Shown one piece after another: positions 26,001 through 39,400 of a stretch of 64,000 nucleotides of DNA; positions within the stretch are counted from its first letter, which is position 1, and each line of letters opens with the position of its first letter. Source of the DNA: Lama glama (Eukaryota); assembly GCA_028534125.1 (NCBI GenBank), contig CM052818.1, forward strand, positions 30,568,001-30,632,000, in the 5' to 3' direction. The translations under genes and the position numbers were made by a program. The notes under the pieces are model-generated. The model worked only from the letters and a program-made list of their open reading frames with translations. It was not told the DNA's origin and did not search any database.

Positions 26001-29000
26001 CATGGAGGGTAAATCCAGTTCCTGTTTCTCCATCTTGACTGGAAGCAGACATCCTCCAGTGGGCTTTAGCTTTTATCTTTGCTGATTGATTATCTGCAAT
26101 GCTGGTTGACTTGACGTTGGTATTCTCTGTACTCAGTGCTATGCCTGACGGTCCATTGGTTTGTGTTTCTAAACTTTCCACCAATTTGTCTGGAATGTCT
26201 CTTAGGCAGCTCAGTCTATAACAAAACACCATAAATTGGATGGTGTATGAACAACAGAATTTTACTTCTCACAGTTCTAGAGTCTGGAAGTCTGAGATCA
26301 TGGTGCCAGCAAGGTCTAGTTCTGGTAATGTCCCTCTTCTGGGTTACAGATGGCTGACTTCTTGTTGTATCCTCACATGGTGAGGAGAGAATGAGCTAGC
26401 TCTCTGGCCTCTCCGTATAAGGACACTAATCCCATTCATGAATGTTCTATCCTCATGACTTAATTACCTTCAAAAGGCCACATCTCCAAAAACCATCATA
26501 ATGGGAATTAGATCGCAACATATGAATTTTGAGGAGACATACATTGTGTGTAAGAATCTTCTTTGTTTCATTGCTTTTTCCAATCTCAAGCTTAATGTGC
26601 AGTGACCTTTGGGTCCTGTGTTACACGTTTCTAAACTTGTGGAGAGTTAAGCAAGTTGGGAGAATGGTGGCTTTCTCTCCATGTGTCCTCTGTCTCCATG
26701 TAGCTTTGGCTGGCAAGGTGGCCCTAAGGCTGCAGCATAGGGAATAGAGTGTGGGAAATACCAGCCAATGCTTACGAATGACAGGCCTGAAACTTTCACG
26801 TAGTAAATTCTGCCACAGAGACCTCAGAAAATGCCTTTTCTTTTCTTGTCAAAGTGAACAATGGAATGGAGATGTGGGAGGGAGATGCGCTGAGGTGGAT
26901 GCACCTTTGTTCAGGGCTGCTGAGTCCCAGGACAATATTTAAATGAAAGTGGAAACTCCTTAGAAGTCTTCAGTTTGATGCCAATATCTAGGCCTTAGAC
27001 AGCTGTGAAGAGTTGCTTGTTTCCAAATGACATCAGAACCCTGTGAAATGGGGCTGCAGTATAAAGCCAAACAGCTAGAATTAGAAAATCACAACTTTGT
27101 TTTTGCAAACAATGAGAAATAGAAGAGACAAAACTGCAGCTTAGAGAAATGACACATTTGTATCCAACAGTTGAACATGCCTTGTCCTTAGCTTACCTTG
27201 GTCACCTTGCTCAACTTTGTACTTCAAGCTGAAAACCACCGTTTGTTGCCACTTACAACTTATAAATTTGGTCATGACCATTTAATATGAGTGGCTGAGC
27301 AAGTGTATCTATGCAAGGCCAAAACCCACCCCAAATCAATCAACTTAACAAAAAAGAAAAGGTAAACTAGTTACTCAAACTTATCTTATTAGTCAGGCAA
27401 ATAGGTTGATCTGGCTCTATTTGTTTACTAAGATTTTGATCTTCTAGGATATAAGTAAATAAATAAATAAGCAAATAAACCCCACAAATAAATGAGGTCA
27501 GTGGTCTGTAGCCTGTCTCTTGTAGGAGGTTGTACCTCAATGATGATTACTCTGTCACTCAGAGGAATCCTCAAAATTTCTTAAAACCTTGGTAATTCAT
27601 TGGGTGCTCAGACTGAACTTCTACTTTGATGTAGAGGCAGGAAGACAGAGGAAAATTGAGTAAGTGAGCAGTTCCAGGGTCTCCCAATACTAGCAGGAAA
27701 CAAATAATGAAGATAAAAAACATGTATATAAACAGGAAACTTTAAAATAGTATACTGTATTTTAGGTCTTCATGAGCTAATCATGTCAGTGTTTTTTCAC
27801 AATTTTAATATATCTACTGGATTATGACCACCAGATAATTCGCACCAGACGACATCTGCAAGGGGTTGTCAATGGGACTTGTCTGTTCTCACTTCCAGGG
27901 CATCAGAGAAAGATGGAAGGAAGTCCCAGGGAGCTTCAGGGAAAACTTTGCATTGAATTTTTCCCATGGTACAGCCCTTAGTAGAAAATGATCAACCACT
28001 CTATTGCAGGAAAAAAATGTGGTTTTATTGAATTGAGCCCCCTTTTAAAAAATACTTGATGTGGCAGTCTAATTTCTCTGTGTGGGCATAGCCTTTGGAG
28101 AAACCAAAACATCTGGTCAATGCCAGCTTGAAAAAGTTAGTTCAGTTTGCCATTGGAGGTTATGATCTCAATGGTTTTCACCCTGGCTGCACATTAGAGT
28201 CATCCGGGGTGTCTCTTAAGTGCTGCAGATGCTCAGGATCCTATGCCTAACATTCTGATTAATTTTTCTTCAGTATACCTCTTCCCCTTTAGCATCCCTG
28301 AAGCCCCTAAGGTGATTTGAATATGCATCCAGAATTGAGAGCCTCTGATGTAGACAATGCACATGCAACTGACTTTTTATTGTTATTTTTCACAATGACT
28401 ACAATGGAGCAAAGTGCTCAAGAGCATAAACTCTGGAAATAGCTCCACCTGGGCTTGAGTCCCAGCTGTGATATTTCATAGCTGTGTCAATTTGGGCTAA
28501 TTTAATCTTGCTGTGCCTCAGTTTCCTTATCTGTACAGTGGGGATAATTATACTAATACCTGTCTCCTAGGGTTACTATAAAGATTAAATAAGTTAATAT
28601 GTGCAAAGTACTTAGAACATTGCCTGGAGCATAGTAAGCACTATATAAATATTAACTGTATATGGTCCTTTCCTGGCAGTTCTTTTACTGGATAACTGAA
28701 CTGAAATTAATTTCAATGGCCTAATACTACTCTAACAAGGTGTTTTAGTTCCCTGTAGCTGCTATAATAAATTACCACAAACTGGGTGTCTTAAAACAAC
28801 AGACGTTTTTTTCTCTCATCATTCTGGAGGCCAGAAGTCTGAAATCAAGATGTAACAGGGTTCTGTTCCCTCTGGAAGCTCTAAAGGAAAATCTGTTCCT
28901 CACCTTGTCCAGCTTCTGGTAGCTGTCTACATTCCTTGGCTTGTGGTTGCATGTCTGTGCTGTGTCTTCATTTTACCTTTTTCTCTGTATGTCTTTTCTT

Positions 29001-30398
29001 CTTCCGCTCCTTTCTTGTATAAGGTTACATGTGATTTCATTTAGGGTCTACCCAGATTATCCAGGATAACCTCGTCTTCTCAAGATCCTTAATTTAATCT
29101 CATCTTTTATCTTACAAGAATATTCACTCTTTTGCTATAATATAGTAATATTTTAAAGTTCTGGGGATTAGGGAATAAACATATCTTGGAGGGGGGCACC
29201 ATTCAAACCACAATACAAGATCCATAATAAAATGTAAGCTTGGATGGGATGCACCACTTACTCTGTGTTTAGTCACCTTTGCATTTGGCCTGTACTTTCC
29301 ACTCTCTAATATGTCCAAAACCATTATTTACAATGACAGGTATCATCTAAGTATACAGACAAGTGACTGTTCATTGACAGTGTTTGTTATTTCTTGGGAA
29401 GAACTCAGAGAAGTGGGCCATGGGCTCAGAGGACTGGTTGGCTCAGTGCCCTTTGGCATACAGAGAGGCTCCAACAAGGAAAGACCTTTTGGTGAGTTCT
29501 GCTCCAAGAAAATAATTTTGGGAAAACTCTATTTTATGATTAAATGCAACTCAAAACCTTCACCAATTCTGGCTTTAAACTTGGAAAAATTTGATGCTTA
29601 TTTCAAAAGAGAACAGTATGATGGTGCATTAATCAGGACTCTTTTCATTTCCAAGTGACAGAAAAATCAACTGAAGCAGATTTAAATAAAACCTGAATTT
29701 ATTAACTCTCATGGCTGGAAAATTCTGACTTCAGGTCAAGTTTGATGTAGTGGTTCCAAAGATACCATCAGGACCTGGTATCTCTCTCCAGCTCTTGGCT
29801 CTGCTTCTTTTACTGGCTCTGTTTTCAGAAAGGGTATATTTTAGTGGTAGCAAGACAACTGTAGCATCTAAGAGCATATATCCTCTCAGGTCCAAGGCAT
29901 GTGGAAGAGAACAGTTCTAGAAAAAACATAAGCAAAACCTTACTAGGGTTTGTTGGGTCATACGCCCATCTCTGAAACAATCAGTGTGATAGAGTTATCC
30001 TTGTTCTGATTGAGAAGCTTGGAGAGGTTGAACCTTTTCATGGACTAAGATAGGAAGGGGGAGGGTTACTGGTGGAGAACCGGGTAGTTACCATAAGAAG
30101 GGAGAGTAATACTGGGTGGCAAATACAACAAATGACTACCAGAGATGCAGCAAGATCCTCAGACTAAAATAATGAAATTCAAACATGGATTCTTTGGAAG
30201 GGCATGTGGGATTTTTTTTCCAATTGTATATTTTGATCTCTGTTATCCTTTCTAATTGGAAATGAGTCAGTTGTTTTGTAGCAGAAGATCCTCATTTAAA
30301 TACCATCTCTGCTGCCCCCTTTTAGCTGTGTGGCATTAGGAAAATTACCACACTTCTGTGAGCTTTATGTTCTTCACTGGCCCAGAAGTCTCTCTCTG

Positions 30399-30435
<37 letters not shown>

Positions 30436-33400
30436 AGATGTCTTCTTATCAGGACCACAGAGCACCAGGGTCAATGAACAGAATAAGCCTACCCAACACA
30501 ATCTGATTGGTACCAAAGAACCATTTGTCCCTGCAGCTGTTTTCTGTGGCCCTTAAACATATCTGAAATTCCTACCATTCAAGTGTTTTCTTTGGTTTAA
30601 AGCAATATGTCTACAGAGAGCCAGGTAAAAAATGCAAATAAATCCCACGGAAATGTAACATGGAATCTTGCATCATTGACTACTCTTCATTGACTGTCTT
30701 GCAGGGGATGAGCCAAAGAAGTCCCTTGTATGATGACTTTTGTTGCTACATGCAAGACAACCATTAAGACCTTGAGAAAAACGATCTCTATGTCCTTGCA
30801 CATCTACTTTAGGATGCTTTTCTCCGTACTTCTCCTGTCATTCATGCAGGGCCTTCATGCTCCATGGGGATACCCATTGCCACAGGGGACTTCACATTGA
30901 AAAAACTATTTAGAGTTCTCGTCTTTCCAGGTTTCTCTAGTTATGAAATGTTCTCTCTTCATATTCACAATTCTCATTTTCACGTGGAGCTAATGTTAGG
31001 TGGTTTGAGTGCCATCCGATTACTACTTGGTTAAAGTATTTATGTGAAGCATGAATTAGGGACAGGCCCAGCATTTTTTCAGGGGATAGTGCTTATCTTC
31101 AGTCTTATATTTTGGTGTAACTTGAATCTCTTTCCTAGTCCTCTCAAGTCAGTTGCAGATGTACTCACAACAGGTGATAACTCCATTTCTGAAAGATCAT
31201 TGCCCATTGGTTTTAGGTATCACTTAGAAGATAACAGGAGTAGAGCATCCTGAGGAACTGGACCAAGAGAGTTGTCAGTTTTAATAAAAGAACTGAAAAG
31301 AAATGATTTGAAGGCTGGAAAATTTCTAAGAAAAATAAACCTTTTGGGACGTGACCATGCATGTCTGTGTCATGCATGTCTGGGATCCTGAGAACCTAGG
31401 GGAAAGAGAGAAGAAGTGGAAGTAGGTCCCACAGAGGATATGATATGAGCAGACCATAGGGCACAAAGACCATTTTCACCATTGGTCTTAGGCAAGCCCT
31501 CAGCTTTATACAAAGAAATTCTAATGATATACTTCCTTGCTTGGGGAAAGAAAGGAACACTTTGTCATTAAGTTCTAATAAGTTCTGCATTCAATTATGC
31601 TATTTAATTCTTTCAACAACCTTCTGAAGTTGGTACCATTATTATACTCCTTTTATCAGTGGGGAACTGAAGTTCAGAGGAGTTAAGTTTCCAAGGTCAT
31701 TGTGGTAGTTAAAAAATATGTCCACAAATTTTTTGACTTGACTTCCTCTTGAAAAGATGGTACCCAGTTCCTCTCTCCTTCAGTGGGGCCCAGAATTTGT
31801 GACTCGCTTCTAGCAAATACAATGTGGCAAAGTGATGGTATGTGACTTTTGAGACTAAGTCACAAAAAAGATAACTTCTGTTGGTACTTCCTCTTGGATC
31901 ATTTGTCCTGGGGGAAACTGCCACTATGTCATGAGGATACCTAAGCCACCCTTGGTTGAAGTCAGTGTGGAGAAGGCTCACATGAGGAGATGAGGTCTCT
32001 TGCCCACAGCTAGTACCAACTCTTCAACCATATGAGTGAGCCATCTTGGAAGACTTCAGATAATTGAAGTCCTGGTCAATACCTTTAGTGCAGTTTCATA
32101 AGGGACCCTGTTCCAGAACTGCCCAGCCAAGCCACTCTTGAATTTCTGACACATAGAAACTATGAGTAAAAATATGTTTGTTGGTGTTTTTAACCACTAA
32201 GTTTTGGAATTGTTTATTATGCAGCAATAACTAACTAATATAGTTATATATTTAGGAAGTAGCATATCAACCATTTTAACTTTGCCACAGTTAATTAAAT
32301 AGAAACAATGAAGTAGAAAGATGATGAATAAAATTTAGAGTAATCCACTACTTATTTATTGTGTGCTTTTTAACTTTCTCATTTATTTATTGAGTATTTT
32401 TACCCCAAGAATTATGTCAGCTTCTGGGTTAGCATTCACACAACTGAGCATCTCTTGTATCTACCACTTAGATCTGTGTATGTATGCCAGACTGGTGGTG
32501 CCAGAATCATCTGAAGAGCTTTCGTAAATCCTCAAGAGAGTTTAATTTAGTAGGCGTAGTGATTTTGATACTGAGCCATATCTACTACTGACCTAGAGAA
32601 TTCAGGCACTCTCTCCTAAGCCAGACAGAAAGAATCTTTCTGCACATGTACACAAACATAGTTGTTATAGCTAAAATAGATTCTCCAAGTCAGCCACCAT
32701 TGTTCAGGACATATATACATGTGGACAATGTGTAATTGTTAATTAAACTTTTATTTTGAGATAATTATAGATTCACATGTAATTATTAGAAACAACACAT
32801 AGAGATTCTGTATAATCTTTACCCAGTTTTCTCCAAAGGTAACATCTCGCAATTTTATACTACAGTATCACAACCAGGATATTGATACTTGGTAAAGGCA
32901 AGAGATAGAACATTTCCATCTACCAGGAGATCCTTAACATTGTCACACTCAAGCTCCTCCTGTTCTCAGCCCCACCTTAATCCCTGGCAATGGCTAATCT
33001 CTTCTTCATTTCTTTACCTTTGTGATTTCAAAAATGTTATATAAATGGCAGCATACAGTATGTAACCTTTTGGAATTAGTTTTTTTCATTCAGCGTAATT
33101 ATCTGGAGATTCATGCATCTTGTTACATGTATCGCTAGTTCATCTCTTTTTCTTGCTGAATAGTATTCTATGGTATGAATATACCTCAGAGTATTTAATC
33201 ACCCATTGAAGGACATCTGAGTTGTTTCCAGTCTTTGACTATTATGAATAAAGTTGCTAAAACATTCATATCCATGTTTTTGAAAAACATAAATTTTTAC
33301 TTCTCTGGGTTAAATGCCCAGGAATGCAATTGCTAGGTAATATGGTAGGTTCATGTTTAGATTTTGAAGAAAAACTGCCCTACTGTTTTCCAGAGTGGCT

Positions 33401-36400
33401 TTTTTTTTTGAAATTGTGAAGCAAACGTTTTTATGAAGCAAAAAACATTAGCTTTTTGAAGTATGTTCTCCAATTATATGTCAGAAATTATAGCTGTTAA
33501 GTAAACTGAATAAACACAGTAAAATTATCACATGAGAGTAAAAATTATCTTATTTATGTCTATGGGTGGAGAGATGATTGATGGATAGATAGATATGGGA
33601 TAGATATGCAGATATATTCATCTTCAGTGTTTTTCCTTACAAGCTTTAAAACATAGTGATTGTTAAGCCAAAGTAATTTACTGACAAGTCATCTAAACTA
33701 AGCTAAGTAACAGAAACTACAACAACAAAAAAATAACAGCTCTAATTTAAAACAAAACAAAATGAGCATAATCCAATGCTATTTCCCTGAGATATCTTAA
33801 GGAAATGAATGATTTCTCAATATTTTGTAATTTTAAAAACTATTGGATTTAAATAAAGTGCTTTGGCATGTCATGAAAAGTATATGCATTCAATTCATTC
33901 CCACCTGTACATTCCCAACAGCATTGTATGTGATGCAATTTCTTCATGTATTTTCCACTATTTGGTGTTGTCAGTTTTTATTTTAGTCATTCTTACAGGT
34001 GTGCAATAAACCTCATTGTTGCTTTAATGTAGATTTCCCAAAGGTTAATGGTGTTGAACATCTTTTCATGTACATATTTGCCATGTGTATATAATAAATC
34101 ATAGGTAATGTGTCTGTTTATGTCTTTGCCCACTTTCTGATTTAATTTTTTGTTTTTTATGTTGAGTTTTGAGAGTTCTTTATTCTGAATTCTAGTTCTT
34201 TGAAAAGATGTGGTTTGCAGATATTTTCTCCAATGTGTAGCTTATACTTTAATTCTCTTAATGGAGTCTTATGAAAAGAAATTTTGGTAAAATACAGTTT
34301 ATGAATTTCTTTTCTTTTTTTTTTCAATTTTTTCTTTTATTGATGGTGCTTTTGGTATCAAGTTTAAGACCTCTTTGCTTTGCCCTAGATCCTGAGAATT
34401 ATGTCCTGGTTGAAAGGCTGTTTTCCTCTATTTAATTGCTTTTCCATTTTTATGTTAAAAACCAGGGGGCCTACTTGTGTGGGTCTTTTTCCGGGTTTTC
34501 TGTTCCATTGATGGATGTGTCTGTCCTCCACTTACACCACACAGTCTCAATCACTGTACTATACAGTAAGTCTTGAAATCTGGTGTGCTAATTCCTCCCA
34601 CTTTATTCTTTTTAGAGTATTTTAGCTGTCAAAGTTCCTTTACCTTTCCATATAAATTTTATAATTATGTTGTCTATGTTTATAAAAAATCCTAAAAACC
34701 TTATTAAATCTAGAATTTAATAGGAGTTTTATTATCAATTTGGGGATAATTGGCATCATTACTATGTCGAGACTTTTAATCCATGAACATAATATATCCT
34801 TATTTATTTAAATCATCTTTAATTTCTCTCATTAATGCTTTGTAGTTTTTACATACAAATCCTGTATGTATTTTGTTAGATTTACACCTAAGTATTTTAT
34901 GTTTTGAACTATAGGAAATGTTACTTTGTATTTTTAATTTCAGTATCCTTATGTTTATTAATAGCATTTGGACATGTAATTGTATATATTGTATCCTGAA
35001 AACTCGCTGAATTCACTTTTTAGGAGTTTTAGTTTTTGTTTTTTGTATATTCTTTGGGATTTTCTAGAGACGATCATGTTATTTTCAAACAGGAACAGTT
35101 TTATTTCTTCCTTTCTGATCTGTATGCTTTTAATTTTTTTCTCACCTTATTGCAGTGACTACAATTTCCAACACTGTTAAATCAGAGAGGTGAGAACAGA
35201 CATCTTGTTTCGTTCATGATCTTTGAGTGAAAACATTCAGTCATTGACCATTAAGTATGTTAGCTGTAGGTATGCTTTATCAAGTTCAGAAAGTTTTTTT
35301 TTTTATTCCTGCTTTCTCTGGGTTTTTAAAAAATCATTAAAAGATATTGGATTTCATCAAATTTTTTTACAATGATTGATATGATCAGAATATTTGTCTT
35401 TTTATTCTGTTAAAATGTTGAATTGCATTGATTGTTTTTAAAGTATAGAACCAATCTTGCATCCCTGGAATAAACCTATACCCGGTCATGCTGTGTGATT
35501 CTTTTTACCTATTGCTGAATCATGTTTGTTAATAGTTTGTTAAAGATTTTTGTATCTATATTCATGGGCTTTAGTGGCTTGTTTTTTTTTTTTAATCTTT
35601 GTACTGCGTTTTGCTGGTTTCTGTATCAGAGTAATAATTAGCTTTATAAAATAAAGAGATTTTGAAGAATTAGTGTTAATTTTTCCTTAAACTGGTAGAA
35701 TTCTCCAGTAAAGCTATTTGGGCCTGGAGATTTCTTTTTCGAGAAGTTTTAAAATTATGAGTTAAGTCTCCTTAATAGTTATAGGGCTAATCAAATGATT
35801 TATTTCATTAGGTTGAGTTGTGATAGCTTGTGTTTTTCAAGGATTTAGTCCATTTCATCTAAACTTTCAAATTTATGTATGTAGAGTTGTTGATAGTATT
35901 TCTTTAGTATCTTTTTGATGTTTGTAGGTTCTGTAATGTAATCCCGTTTCTTTCCCAATTATATTTTCTCTTTTTCTTAATTATTCTTATTAAAGGTATA
36001 TTTTATTCATCTTTTCAAAGAATAGTTTTTTGTTTTATTCATTTTCTTACTGTTTTACTATTTTGAATTTTGTTGATTTTTGCTCTTTTTTATTGCCTTC
36101 TGCAACCTTTGGGTTTATTATCCTCTTTTTTCCCTTAGAGTCTTAAGGTGGAGGTTTTGAGACCTTTTCTATTTTCTGTTGTATGTGTTTAGTGCTACAC
36201 ATTTTTCCCAGAGCACTGATTTAGCTACGTCCTGCAAATTTTGATACATTATATTTTTCATTTTCATTGAGTTCAGTATAGTTTTTTATTTCCCTTGAGG
36301 CTTCCTCTGTGAACCATAAATTATGTGGAATTGTGTTGCTAAGTTGCCAGGTTTTGGAGATTTTCTTGTCATTTTCCTGTTTTATAGAGATGGTGAGATG

Positions 36401-39400
36401 TGTGTGACCAGATTCTGGAAACATTTTTGAAGGTAGAGCTGACAGGATTTACTAATAGATTTTGTGTACTGTATGGGAGAGAGAGAAAGAGAGAGAAAGA
36501 AAGGCAGAAAAGGGAGAGAGAGAATAGGAGAAGTCAGTGGTAGTTTAATGTCCTCAGTCCAAGCAAGTGGAAGAATGAATTTGCCATTTATTGAGATGGC
36601 ACAGGTTCAGGGAAGTGCAGGTTTGGGGAAGTGTGGGGAATCAGGGCTTTGGGTTTGGATGTATTAAATTTGAGACACCCTTTAAACTAGATGTCTAGTA
36701 GGAAGTTGGCTATATAAGCCTGAGTTCAAGAACTGCAGGCGTCCTGCCTGGAGGCATAAAATTTGGGAGTTGTCATTCTATAGATGATATTAAAAGATAC
36801 AGGACTAGATGCGATTACATCTACAGTGGGTATAAATAAAGAAGAAAAGAGTCCTGAGCCCTGGGGCACACCAATATTTAGAGGTCAAGGGGTTGAAGAG
36901 AAACCAGCAAAGGAAAATTAGAAGAATCAGTGAAGCAGGAGAACCAAGAGAAAGTGGTGTGCTGGCTGAAAGCTGAGTGAGACAGTGTTTCCAGAAGGAT
37001 GGAGTGATTAACTTGTCAAGTAAGAATAGAGCTGAAAATTGGCTCTTGGATTTGGAAACGTGGAGGTTTCTGGTGATCTCGCTAAGATCAGTTTGTTGGA
37101 AGGGGAGGAGGGAGGAAAAAAGGAAGAGAAGACAACGATGGCAAGCATAGACAACTATTTGGAGGAGTTTTAGTGTAAAGGAAAGCAGAAAAATGGGGTA
37201 GTGGATAAAGGGGGAGATGAGGTTGAGCAAGGAGTTACTACTGTATGTAACAAGTAAATATATATATGGAAGCCTTGTATTTAGATATAGAATCTGAATT
37301 TATTTTGATTGACAGTGAAGTCTAAAATTTCATATAGTGAGAAGTCTTCAATAGGCTTGATAATCTTAGCAATAGCATTTATATTTGAAGAAGATTTAGT
37401 TAAATATGAGATGGTCTATGCAAGATGTATAATTTTAAAGGTTGTTTCTTTAGTTTAATTTGGATTTGCAATTTCAGTTAACCCTTTCCAGTAAGAGTCC
37501 CCCCAAATGAATATTTACCTAGCAGTGATAGAAAACTTTATCTTTACAGAGTACTTATCAGGCTCTATCAGAATAAACACAAAAGAATGAGAATGTACAT
37601 TAGAGGTATAGAAAGGAATGAAAGTAAAGTGGTCCCAAACCCCAGGGTAACTGAGTCTTGGGCCATACTGGGACCTGAAGGTGACATTCACATGCAACCC
37701 TCCACAGGACTGATGGTCAGCCTCTTGGCCGACCCTCCTCCCCTTCCTTTTCATTTTTTTTTTAAAAACTGCTTTCTACACTGAAACGTTTATTTTAAAC
37801 TACTTCCAACTTTCCAGTAGCAAAGTCAGCAAAGTCCTTCAAATTAGAATCATTTTATTTGTTCTCCAAGACACTTGGTTTTCCAAAGCCTTTTGCCTGT
37901 ACAGCTAGGTTGCATTTCCCAATTTCCCAGTCACCCTTGTGGTTGGCTGGCACCAAAGGAATGAAGGTGGGAGTAACACATGCTGCTTTCAAGGGCCTCG
38001 GTGTGCGTGTTAGAGAAGTCCTTTACAACCACCCACGCAGTTTACAGCTCTGCTTTAGCTTTACTTGCTCCTTGCCCAGACTTCAAGGTCAGTGAGAGGT
38101 GAGGGCTTAGGACATTTCCAGGTCATCTTTTGAGCATGTGGATGGCTGTCTAGATTCCCAGAAATATATGTGAGATTTTCAAAGCCCTTCTGGGCATCTC
38201 ATTCCTCAGTCTTTCCTTTTGAAATTTTGATTAGTCCAGTATTTGCCCCACCTGTTATCCGTTGCCTCTGGTTAATGTGTTGCTAAAGTATTCAAAAACA
38301 CACTCCCATCTCCAGAAACTTTTACCACTGGGTGGGTTTCAGTGAGGTGAAATAAAGACAAGCCTTTTGAGTGGAGTCTTCCAGGAACCACCCAGACAGG
38401 TGACTTCTTTGGGAATGAGATTTTGAAAGAGCTCCAATCCTGTTTTGCTCCCCCCTAATCCCAGAAATGGAGGTTATTACTTTTCAAACCTGTGCAGAGA
38501 TGGAAAGTGGGAGATGAGACTAGGGTGTTAAAATGCCACAAAGCTTGTTGCTCTTCCTGAGAGCCAGCCATTGTCTCGCCTAAATGCTCCCCAGGTTGCT
38601 GCAAGCCTTTGGTTAATATCCAGATTTCTGACTTTTTTTTTTTTTTTTTTTTAGCTTTTATGGAGTGGTGCTCTTGGAGGTCCTCCTTCTACCACTTCAC
38701 ACTTTTAATAAATTTTTTAATTTAAAAGTACACTTGACCCTTGAACAACGTGCGTGTTAGGGGCACTGGTCCTTCGAGCAGCTGAAAATCCACACATAAC
38801 TCACAGTCAGCCCTCCGGATCGTGGTTCCTCAGCAACCTCCATTCCTCCATATTCAAGGTTCTGCATGTGTGAATTCAACCAACCCTGTATAGTGTAGTA
38901 TTGTAGTATTTTTAAAAATCCACGTATAAGGGGACTTAAGCAGTTCAAACTTGTATTGTTTAAGGGTCAACTGTATTTCTAACTTTTGGGAGGGAGTGTT
39001 TCACAAGTTGCTTTTAAAGTTCACATGAAGAAATAAATCCTTGAAAATCCTTAAAAATAGTAATGATATAAAAATAGCTCCACCTAGTATTAAGACAGCT
39101 TTTAAAAATACAATTATTAAAATAGTGTAGTACTGGCAGTAGTTAGATCAATGAAACAGAAACAGAAGTCCAGAAGAGGAACCAATATAAATGATAATTT
39201 AGTGTGTAATACCAATGGCAATGCATGTCAATTAGAAAGAGAGGTTTAGTAACTTTACTAGCATTAGGAAAAAGATTAACTTGGATTATTATCTAACTTC
39301 TTACCGCAAAGTAAGTTCCAGATATATCAAAGATATAAACATAAAATGAAAAAATCATTAAAATAATGAGAAAATAATCTTTGAGTAGGTACATTATGGA

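Noticed and set aside
31356..31382. Direct repeat CATGCATGTCTG x2
   Set aside because: A simple local duplication; not an array, and not a complete p53-type site.
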